64,000 nucleotides of DNA from a virus (taxonomy: Duplodnaviria; Caudoviricetes): IMG/VR virus record IMGVR_UViG_3300024252_000005; one strand, written 5' to 3'. A program made the position numbers and the translations under genes. The notes below the pieces were generated by a model that was not told where the DNA came from, searched no databases, and saw only the letters and a list, made by a program, of their open reading frames with translations. Below are positions 46,604 through 55,005 of this stretch, in pieces (the first letter of the stretch is position 1; each line of letters opens with the position of its first letter).

Positions 46604-49600
46604 ATGTCACAATTTAGAAATGATGAAAATATTGATGCTAATCAAAGCTCTTCAAGAGAATTTAAAGAAGAAAATGAAATTTCTTTAACTGATGATACTT
46701 TAGGGCTTATTGGGACATCTTTAAAAGGACCAGCATTTGTTCCTCATACTTTTCAAGAATTTGGAAAGAGTGATGATGTTTTAAACACATACGAAAATGT
46801 ATTTGGATCACCACTTGATATGGATCATCCTGATCTATCACCACTTTCAGCGCAAGAGTGGTTTAATCAGGGAGGAGAGCAATTAGCATTTACAAGAGTT
46901 TTAGGGATTGGAAAAACAGGCATACCGAATAATGAAGGAATTGTTGAAGGTAGCGGATTTATTGTAGGTGGTAATGTTGTAAGTGGAAGTATTAACGAAG
47001 GATATTCTGAATATAATAAGTTTGCTACTGCTGGAGGTAGTAATGGAAAGACTAACTTTATAGGTGGTCATTATAAAAATAAGCAGTATACAGGAATTGA
47101 AAATGGTGTTACAAAAATTGCACCTTTTAATGATTATCTAGAACAAATAGGAGAAAGTCAAAGCTCAGTATCTTTAATAACTGACGTTTTGTTTTGTCCA
47201 CAAGGAACAAAAATTCTTTTACAAAAAGACAACACACAAAATGGACTTCAAAGTTTAGTTAGACTAAGAGAAAATATAGTTTTACAAAGTTTTAGCGATG
47301 CAACTCTATCGTTTAATACAAATATACAATATCCTTACTTGTTTATAAAAGGTCTTGGCAACAAAGACTTTAATGTATTGAAAGATTACAAAAGAATAAG
47401 ATATGTTAAAAAAAGAGAGTTTAGAGAATCATATATAAATAACGACTTAAGTTACTTTTTAGATAAAGGTAACTTAAGATACGCAAATTTTAGCTTAAAC
47501 TTTTTAGATAATTTATCTTTTGAAAGTAATAAAAATTTTATTTTTAACGGTAGTTCTAACTCAATAAGTTATGAAGATTTTCAAAGTTCTTATAAAAGCG
47601 CGTCTACTAGCTGGATAGTTTCTCAGCCTACAAATAGAGAAAATATTTCTGACAATAGAGTTAATATGCATAATAATTGTGTTAAGTTATTTAAATTTCA
47701 TGCAATTGATGATGGAGAAATTAGTAATAGATACAGAATAAGAATTACACCAAAAAAGTTAGGTAATGTAAAAACAGAAGATTGGTCAATTTTTGACGTT
47801 GCAGTTTGGGAATACAATAAAAAAGAAAATACTTTTATAGATCTATTTAAATTTACAGATCTAAATTTAGATCCAGATAGTGAAAGCTATATTGGTCTTG
47901 TATTTGGAACACAAAAAACTTACTTTGATTTTAACGAAAATGAAGTAATAACTTCAGGAAGATACAAACAAACAAATAATCATTTAATAGTTGAAATAAA
48001 CGAAAAAATAGAGTTTAAAGACGTAAAATCATACGAATTAATGCCTTCTGGTTTTATGCCGTATCCTAGAATAAATACTTCTGGCATTACTAATCCTGAA
48101 AATTACAATGTTTTACAAAAGCCTGTTGATTATGTTTGGAATATATTAATTGGAAAAGAAGATAAACTAATAAAAGAAAAATATTGGGGTGTGCTTTTTG
48201 ATAATATCAGTACAGAACAAATAGACAAAACAATACTTAATAATGTTTATAAATTTAAATTAATAAAAAAAGAAAAAAGTAATAATTTTAGAAACTATTA
48301 CTGGTATACAAAGTATTTTCAAGATAACTATTTAGTTAAGTCAAAGAACGTTTGGGTTAGAGACTTAGAAGATAATGATAGTGACTTAACTAATTCATTT
48401 TTCCATTTAGAAAAAATAATGTATATTCCTGCAGAAGAAGATGATCCAGTTCAAAAAAACTGGGAAATTGCAATGTATAGAAGAGATGGTAAAAAAATAA
48501 GTGATATTACTTCTTTAAGTAGTCTAAAAATTCAATACAAGTATGTTAATATTGATGAATTGTTAAAGTCTGATGATGAAAACAATTCTATACATTCAGA
48601 ATATTTATCATTTGACTTTTTTACATGTGGTGGCTTTGATGGAGTTAATATATTAGATAATGATAAAAGGCTAATGAGTCAAACAGCATTAGTAAAAGAG
48701 TTAGAAGACGAAAATCAAAATGGTCAAATTGAAGGACCAACATATTTTACTTACAAAAAAGCACACGATATAATGGTTGATGACGCCAATTCAGAGTTTG
48801 ACATATTGTCTATACCCACTATAGGCCATCATTATTTAAATAAGAAAATATCTACTGAAGCAAATAAAAAAGGTCGATATCTAACAGTATTAAACTCTCC
48901 AGAATATAGTAATCATGTAGACAATACAGGTATTAACAACATACCAACTTCTGCGGGTATTATAAAAGATTATAATCACTTTTACATAGAACCTGGAGAA
49001 AGTGATGTAAATGAAAGATTTAAAACAAAACCTAATATTGGCAAGTATATAGATTCTGGTACTATGACTTCTTTAGATAGTATTAAAAATAATTATTATG
49101 ATAATAGATATACGTTAAATGTTTTAAATACATCAGAAGGTTTTTTAGATAACGAGCTTTATGAAGATAAAAGATTTGTTGTTATGCCTGCGTTTATAGC
49201 AATTAAATCTTTTGCTAGTGGTATTGCTAGTGGACCAGTTGACAATGTTAATTCTTTTAATGATTCTTTAATAGAGGTAAAGAGAGTTATTAATAATTCG
49301 TTGAATTCTCCTGATACAGATGAGTATAGTAAGTTAATTAAATTTAGTCTGAAATCTGAAACAAATGCTAACTTTGTAGTTTCAAAAAGCATCTTTAATG
49401 ATTCTAATATTATAAAGTTAAATTCAGGAAATACATCTTTAATAACAAGAAATAGTTTATCTAGATTTGCACATAATACAAGAATAATCTTAAATATAAA
49501 AAAGAACATAAAGTATATGATATTTCAGAATGACTTGCTGTTTAATAATAATGCAAAAGTAAATAATATAAATACTTTATTAAATTTTAGACTGAATACT

Positions 49601-49843
49601 TTACTTCAATCATATGTAGATCTTGGTATTATACGAGACTTTTTTGTTAAATTAAATACAGGAACATCTAACAAAGAAAAAGAAGATTATCTAGATTATA
49701 TTCTTAGAAGTAGAATTGGAATATCTTTGTTTGGCAAGCTAGATAATAATATTATAGCACTTTCTTTAGATGAAATAATAAATTCTACTCAAAATAATTT
49801 AACAGAAATATCATCAATAGATATAATGATACCATCTATATAG
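46604..49843 (+). CDS. Tail sheath-like protein 3 (divergent)
   Basis: GLIGTSLKGPAFVP, FTRVLGIG, FHAIDDG, LNLDPDS and GGFDGVNI are shared with sheaths 1 and 2; the C-terminal PWFAPAG and RVNVRRL motifs are degenerate. Confidence 0.75.
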   Translation: MSQFRNDENIDANQSSSREFKEENEISLTDDTLGLIGTSLKGPAFVPHTFQEFGKSDDVLNTYENVFGSPLDMDHPDLSPLSAQEWFNQGGEQLAFTRVLGIGKTGIPNNEGIVEGSGFIVGGNVVSGSINEGYSEYNKFATAGGSNGKTNFIGGHYKNKQYTGIENGVTKIAPFNDYLEQIGESQSSVSLITDVLFCPQGTKILLQKDNTQNGLQSLVRLRENIVLQSFSDATLSFNTNIQYPYLFIKGLGNKDFNVLKDYKRIRYVKKREFRESYINNDLSYFLDKGNLRYANFSLNFLDNLSFESNKNFIFNGSSNSISYEDFQSSYKSASTSWIVSQPTNRENISDNRVNMHNNCVKLFKFHAIDDGEISNRYRIRITPKKLGNVKTEDWSIFDVAVWEYNKKENTFIDLFKFTDLNLDPDSESYIGLVFGTQKTYFDFNENEVITSGRYKQTNNHLIVEINEKIEFKDVKSYELMPSGFMPYPRINTSGITNPENYNVLQKPVDYVWNILIGKEDKLIKEKYWGVLFDNISTEQIDKTILNNVYKFKLIKKEKSNNFRNYYWYTKYFQDNYLVKSKNVWVRDLEDNDSDLTNSFFHLEKIMYIPAEEDDPVQKNWEIAMYRRDGKKISDITSLSSLKIQYKYVNIDELLKSDDENNSIHSEYLSFDFFTCGGFDGVNILDNDKRLMSQTALVKELEDENQNGQIEGPTYFTYKKAHDIMVDDANSEFDILSIPTIGHHYLNKKISTEANKKGRYLTVLNSPEYSNHVDNTGINNIPTSAGIIKDYNHFYIEPGESDVNERFKTKPNIGKYIDSGTMTSLDSIKNNYYDNRYTLNVLNTSEGFLDNELYEDKRFVVMPAFIAIKSFASGIASGPVDNVNSFNDSLIEVKRVINNSLNSPDTDEYSKLIKFSLKSETNANFVVSKSIFNDSNIIKLNSGNTSLITRNSLSRFAHNTRIILNIKKNIKYMIFQNDLLFNNNAKVNNINTLLNFRLNTLLQSYVDLGIIRDFFVKLNTGTSNKEKEDYLDYILRSRIGISLFGKLDNNIIALSLDEIINSTQNNLTEISSIDIMIPSI

Positions 49844-49865
49844 AATAAAAACGGAGTGTATATAC

Positions 49866-50708
49866 ATGAATAATTTAGATCAGCCTATTAATCCTGCTGA
49901 AATTAAAGATTCTGGTCCGATTCAAAAGTCAAATGTTGCAAAAGATGATTTTGGGTTAGAGATTGCTGTTGAAAGCGTGCCATTACCTTCTTTGGGAATG
50001 ATTTATCCTGCAGATAGTCCTCTTCATGGTCAAGAAACATTGCAGATTAGACCAATGACAGCAAGAGAAGAAGACATTTTAACTTCTCGTGCTTACATCA
50101 AGGATGGGACTGTTATTTCAAAGCTTATTGATTCTTGTCTTGTTGATAAGAGGATTAACTCTGAAGATCTTATCTCAGGAGATCGAACAGCGCTAATGGT
50201 TGCTTTGAGAATTACTGGATATGGTGCTGATTATAACATTGAAGTTTCTTGCCCAGAATGTGGTGCAACAAACAAGACAGAGTTTGATCTTTCGCAGCTA
50301 CCTATTAAACGTCTAGAAGTTGAGCCTGTAGAAATTGGCGAGAATTTATTTGAAGTAGTTTTACCTGTGACAAAGAAAAGTGTTAGAGTTAAGTTTTTAA
50401 CTGGTCATGATGAAAAAGAGATGATGATCATCAACGAAAGAAAGAAAAAGAAAGGCTTGAGTACAGATACAGGTATCACAGATAGACTTACTAGATGTAT
50501 TGAGTCTGTTGACAGCATTACAAACAAGAATAAGATTTCTTTCTTTGTCAAGAATATGCCTGTTAGAGATTCTTTAGCTCTTAGAAAGTTCTTAGATAAT
50601 CAAGAGCCTGGTGTTGTTATGAAGGGTGATCTTAGATGTAACAGCTGCTTTGAAGAAAGTGAGGTAGACCTACCAATTGGTCCTTCGTTTTTTTGGCCTG
50701 AGACCTGA
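49866..50708 (+). CDS. Baseplate hub assembly/tail assembly chaperone (T4 gp26-like)
   Basis: LPSLGMIYP...IRPMTAREEDILTS; CPEC and CNSC pairs; ends PSFFWPET; lies upstream of the tape measure gene. Confidence 0.75.
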   Translation: MNNLDQPINPAEIKDSGPIQKSNVAKDDFGLEIAVESVPLPSLGMIYPADSPLHGQETLQIRPMTAREEDILTSRAYIKDGTVISKLIDSCLVDKRINSEDLISGDRTALMVALRITGYGADYNIEVSCPECGATNKTEFDLSQLPIKRLEVEPVEIGENLFEVVLPVTKKSVRVKFLTGHDEKEMMIINERKKKKGLSTDTGITDRLTRCIESVDSITNKNKISFFVKNMPVRDSLALRKFLDNQEPGVVMKGDLRCNSCFEESEVDLPIGPSFFWPET

Positions 50709-50928
50709 AGATAAAGACATAATCTTAGAGTATATTTATGCATTAATTAGACATTTAGGCTTTACTTATTATGATGCTTATAATTTGCCTGTTTGGAAAA
50801 GAACGTGGTTTATAAACAAATATATCGCTGAAATGAAAGAGAGAAATGAAAAGAGGCAGAGGTCAAATGCGCCTCCACCTAAAAATAATGCAAATACTAC
50901 AGCAAGAAGACTTTTTAATAGGAAGTAA
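50677..50928 (+). CDS. Second chaperone frame (gp51/GT-like), probably reached by frameshift
   Basis: +1-frame ORF FFGLRPEDKDIILEYIYALIRHLGFTYYDAYNLPVWKRTWFI; only a TTG start with no SD; overlaps the previous gene at a T7 run. Confidence 0.6.
   Translation: MVLRFFGLRPEDKDIILEYIYALIRHLGFTYYDAYNLPVWKRTWFINKYIAEMKERNEKRQRSNAPPPKNNANTTARRLFNRK
50688..50694 (+). other. Putative ribosomal frameshift site (U7)
   Basis: TCG TTT TTT TGG in the upstream frame versus CGT TTT TTT GGC in the +1 frame; Phe-Phe in both. Confidence 0.55.
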
Positions 50929-50976
50929 GCCAATAATTATATATTTATTAATGATTTCTTACTGTAGGAGCTTAAT

Positions 50977-53900
50977 GTGGAAAATAGACAAGTAGAATTA
51001 CTTAGCAATATTGTTAATTTGCTTAAAGAAGGTAATCAACAAAACACAAGAGGCGGCAGATCTGTCGGCAGCTTTAGTGCTGATGATCTTGTAAAAGTCA
51101 GTGAAGCAATAAGTAAAATACCTAAAGCTGTAGACGAAACAAATAAAAAGCTTGGTGAAGTACCTAATGTAATTAGAAACGCTTCTCAAATGATGAGTGA
51201 CTATGGTAAAGCTGTAGGAGGAATAGCAGTTTCAGCACAGCAGATCGACAAGTTTTCTGGAGGTTTATTAGGCAAACTATTCGATGCTACGGGAATGAAA
51301 AAAATATCTGGAAAGTTTTTAGATATAACGAAAAATATAAGATCATGGGGCTCTGCATTTAAAAATGCAGATGATGGAGCAAAAAGACTTCTAATCTCAA
51401 TTGACGGGATGACATCACTAGTTGGGGGCATGTTTAAAACAATTGGTAGCATTGTAGGTTCAGCTGTAAAGGGAGTTGTTGCAATAGGCACAGGAATAAC
51501 AAAGTTTATTGTAGGATCATTGTCTTCTGTTTTAACAACTGCAACAAAAATATCAAAGTTTTTAGTTACTTTACCTGTAGGTATTGCTAATAGAGCAGCA
51601 GAGATGGGTAATAAATTAAGACAAGAATTAGTTGAAGTTATTGGACAAGCAGCTGAAGACACAAAAGAGTACTTTGACTTAATGTCAAACGGCGGCAAGT
51701 CAATGACACAATTGAGAGGAATTGCAGAAGGGTCTTTGCTTTCTTTCCAGAGTGTCAACAGTACAATGACAAAGCTTTTCGGATTTGGCGCGCAAGGTGC
51801 TGCAAACATGATTAGAGAGCTGTCACAAGGCATAAATAATATGGGTATATATGCCGATGTATTTGCTGATTCTACGACAAAGTCTGCTACGTCTATAGAG
51901 TTTTTTACAAGAATGACAAAAGGCATGGGGATGGCTGCAGATGATATTGCATATGTTATGAGAGATGCAGTAAAAAATGGCGAGCACTATTACGTTACAA
52001 TGACAAGAATGAAAGAAGCATCTGACGCTGCAAGTTATGAGTTTGGCGTGAATAGAAAACTTTTGTCAAAGAACTTCTTTCAATTAAGAAAAGATATCAC
52101 AAACTTTGGACACCTTTCAGAAATTGAGCTTATGAAAGTAGCTGCTCGAGCAACACAAATGGGTGTTGAAATGAAAGATCTTGCAGGTGTATTTAATAAG
52201 TTCGGTACATTTGAAGATGCAGCTAATAGTGCTGCTTTGCTTTCTCAAACATTTGGAATGAATATTGACGCATTGCAGCTTATTAGAGCTGAAGATCCTA
52301 TGGAAATAGTTGAAATGTTTAGACAGTCAATGCTTGCAACAGGCAGGTCTTTTGAAGATTTAAACAGGCATGAAAAATCATTGATGGCTTCTCATACAGG
52401 AATGTCTGTAGAAGCTCTCAAGACAACTATGAACTATAGAACACTTGGCAAGTCTTTCGAAGACATAAAAAAGATAATGAATGATCAAAAGCCTGAAGAG
52501 CGCCAGATAAGAGCAATGAAAGATATGTCTTCGTCAATGAAAGAGCAATTAAAGATCATGCAAAAGAAAGACTTCTTTACAGCATTTCTTGATGGTTTGA
52601 CAAATACAATAATGTACGCAGGCAAGCTCGGCAAGACAATGAGAAAAGTTAGCAAAAATATGCAAAGCTTTTATGAAGAAGGTCTAAGAATTAAAAAAGA
52701 AGATTTAAATAAAATCCTAGAGCCTTTTGACGAAGTATTAAATAAAATAAATGATGCATTTAGCGTTGATAGTCTAAGATTGTTAAAAATGCAAGTTGTT
52801 GAAAACGTAAAACTTTTCGTACAAGATATAATGGACCCACAACTATGCTTAACAGGAGCTAGCTGGTTTGACATACAGCGAAAATGGGATAATAAAATTA
52901 GTGGCTTGTTTAGCTTGCAAAGGTTGTTAGATGATCAAGGATTCATTGGTAAACTTGTTAAAGCATCTGGCCAAATGATTCAATACATAATTAGAGCTAT
53001 AGCTCTAGCTGGCCCTGGAATTGTTAAAGGTTTAGGCAATGCTTTTGAAGGAGTAGTCAATTGGCTTACGTCAGGAAAAATAAGTGAAGCAGTAAATATT
53101 GATACTTTTGCTCAGTTTTTAGGTATGAGTACAAAAGATTGTAATCAATTGTTAGAAAGACTTAAAGCTTCTTTTAACTCAATAAAAGACTATTTGTTTG
53201 GGCCAGAAGAAAAAATGGCATATGAAAAAGGCTTTGGGTCTATGATTGATAATTCTTTAACGCTTTTTCCTACGAAAATACAAAAAGTAGCAAGAAAAAA
53301 AGGACTTTTTGAAAGATTAGGAGATAAGTTTAAAGAAGTATTTAAGATCAAAGAAGGCGATGGAATATTTTCAAGTTTGTTTGATAGCTTAACAAAAAAA
53401 ATAAAAGAACTTTCAGAAAACAAAAAAATACGTGATTCTCTTGAAAATATAGGAGAGCATATTATGAAAGGCATGTCAAAAGCTTCAAAATCAATTGGAA
53501 AAATGGTTGACGCAATAATGACATCAGCTAAGTCTTGGTTAGAAAAAAACGGTTATATAACTAGATCAAAAACAAAGCTGACAAAGGAGGAAGCTGAAAG
53601 AGCTAATGTAAGTAAAGGTACAAGCCTGAGCAGAACTCAAAGCCCTACAACGGGAGAAAATCTTTTAAATAAAGCCCGAAAAGCTAGAAGTGGAAATGTT
53701 GGAGCAGTTATAAACAGTGATCAAAAACCAAACACAGATCCTCGAGATATTTTAGGATTTTCTAGCAGTAGTGCCATGGTAGATTCTGCTTATAAAGGTG
53801 GCACTCTCCTTACAAACAACGCTTTTAAAGGAGGCACAAAGGCTGCAGCGACAACTCTTGGCAAGTTTAAAAATGCAGCAAAAGCAGCTGGAAAAGCTGT

Positions 53901-54741
53901 TCCTCTTTTAAATGTTGGCGTTGAGGCTTATCTAGGAAATGCAAATTATCAGTCTGCTGTAAACTTAATTGATCATTTCGTATCAGAAGGCGCGATCACT
54001 GAAGCCCAAGGTCTAGCTATTCTTGATGAAGCTTTGAGTGATCAAACTACAAATTCTGCTTGGTCAGCGTCAGCTTCAACCATAGCCGGCATTGCTGGTA
54101 CAGCTCTCGGTGCAGGTTTCTTTTCAGCTTTAACTGGTCCAATAGCTGCAATGGCTGGTGACTATTTAGCTAGTGAGACAGCAGCTTTTTTTGGCTCACC
54201 TCAAGCCGATGAATCTGCATTTTTAGGTCTTAAAGATATAATGAAAAATAGCGAGGTCTTTAAAAACATGATGAGTCAACTTAAAAGATCACAAGGAGTT
54301 CCAGCTTTAAACGAAGGGTTAAATGAAGTGTTAGGAGAAAATCAAACATCAATGTCGTGGGTTGCTCTCCAAAACAGTAATATGAGTGACGATGATTTTA
54401 AATATCAGTATAATACCAATGCTAAAGCATATATGAGAAATACAACTCTTAATGATCTAGCCTCTTACGGCGGTGATAGTGGAAAGTTAGACAGAGAAGA
54501 TGTTGTAGCACTAATTGAGAGAGTAAAAGAAGACAATAAGGATGCTAAGGAAGTTATGAAAAGTTTGAAAAATTTTCTTGAAGCAGGTAGTGGTGATCCT
54601 CAAGTTATCGTAACAGTTGATGGTTATGCTTTAACTTCACATATAACAACGTTGCAAAGACGTCAAGCTCAAGATCCTTCAAATAACACTGGAACTGATT
54701 CTAGGTATGGTTCAAGAAATCTAGGTGCTGAAACACGATAA
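50977..54741 (+). CDS. Tape measure protein
   Basis: 1254 aa, long helical Ala/Gly/Ser/Lys-rich; GTG start with AGGAG SD; follows the chaperone pair. Confidence 0.8.
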   Translation: MENRQVELLSNIVNLLKEGNQQNTRGGRSVGSFSADDLVKVSEAISKIPKAVDETNKKLGEVPNVIRNASQMMSDYGKAVGGIAVSAQQIDKFSGGLLGKLFDATGMKKISGKFLDITKNIRSWGSAFKNADDGAKRLLISIDGMTSLVGGMFKTIGSIVGSAVKGVVAIGTGITKFIVGSLSSVLTTATKISKFLVTLPVGIANRAAEMGNKLRQELVEVIGQAAEDTKEYFDLMSNGGKSMTQLRGIAEGSLLSFQSVNSTMTKLFGFGAQGAANMIRELSQGINNMGIYADVFADSTTKSATSIEFFTRMTKGMGMAADDIAYVMRDAVKNGEHYYVTMTRMKEASDAASYEFGVNRKLLSKNFFQLRKDITNFGHLSEIELMKVAARATQMGVEMKDLAGVFNKFGTFEDAANSAALLSQTFGMNIDALQLIRAEDPMEIVEMFRQSMLATGRSFEDLNRHEKSLMASHTGMSVEALKTTMNYRTLGKSFEDIKKIMNDQKPEERQIRAMKDMSSSMKEQLKIMQKKDFFTAFLDGLTNTIMYAGKLGKTMRKVSKNMQSFYEEGLRIKKEDLNKILEPFDEVLNKINDAFSVDSLRLLKMQVVENVKLFVQDIMDPQLCLTGASWFDIQRKWDNKISGLFSLQRLLDDQGFIGKLVKASGQMIQYIIRAIALAGPGIVKGLGNAFEGVVNWLTSGKISEAVNIDTFAQFLGMSTKDCNQLLERLKASFNSIKDYLFGPEEKMAYEKGFGSMIDNSLTLFPTKIQKVARKKGLFERLGDKFKEVFKIKEGDGIFSSLFDSLTKKIKELSENKKIRDSLENIGEHIMKGMSKASKSIGKMVDAIMTSAKSWLEKNGYITRSKTKLTKEEAERANVSKGTSLSRTQSPTTGENLLNKARKARSGNVGAVINSDQKPNTDPRDILGFSSSSAMVDSAYKGGTLLTNNAFKGGTKAAATTLGKFKNAAKAAGKAVPLLNVGVEAYLGNANYQSAVNLIDHFVSEGAITEAQGLAILDEALSDQTTNSAWSASASTIAGIAGTALGAGFFSALTGPIAAMAGDYLASETAAFFGSPQADESAFLGLKDIMKNSEVFKNMMSQLKRSQGVPALNEGLNEVLGENQTSMSWVALQNSNMSDDDFKYQYNTNAKAYMRNTTLNDLASYGGDSGKLDREDVVALIERVKEDNKDAKEVMKSLKNFLEAGSGDPQVIVTVDGYALTSHITTLQRRQAQDPSNNTGTDSRYGSRNLGAETR

Positions 54742-54750
54742 GAGATTGAT

Positions 54751-54999
54751 ATGTATAAAGTTGATGTAAGACAAAAAATAGATGAAATGAGATTACCAGA
54801 ATTGATTGCGCAAGCACTTTCTAAAAAACTTGATAAACCATATGAGGAGATATTAAAGTTAATGCAGGAGAGGCTTGATAAAAAAATTGATGAAGTTGAA
54901 AACAATTTATCAGCTGTAGGTAAGGCAAAAGATATAAGTATAGATAATCCGAAAGATCTCGATGATTTCTTAAAAGATAAAAAAGTTATTAAAGGATAA
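54751..54999 (+). CDS. Small helical hypothetical protein
   Basis: 82-aa ORF filling the gap between the tape measure gene and 55006. Confidence 0.55.
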   Translation: MYKVDVRQKIDEMRLPELIAQALSKKLDKPYEEILKLMQERLDKKIDEVENNLSAVGKAKDISIDNPKDLDDFLKDKKVIKG

Positions 55000-55005
55000 T
55001 AGAAA

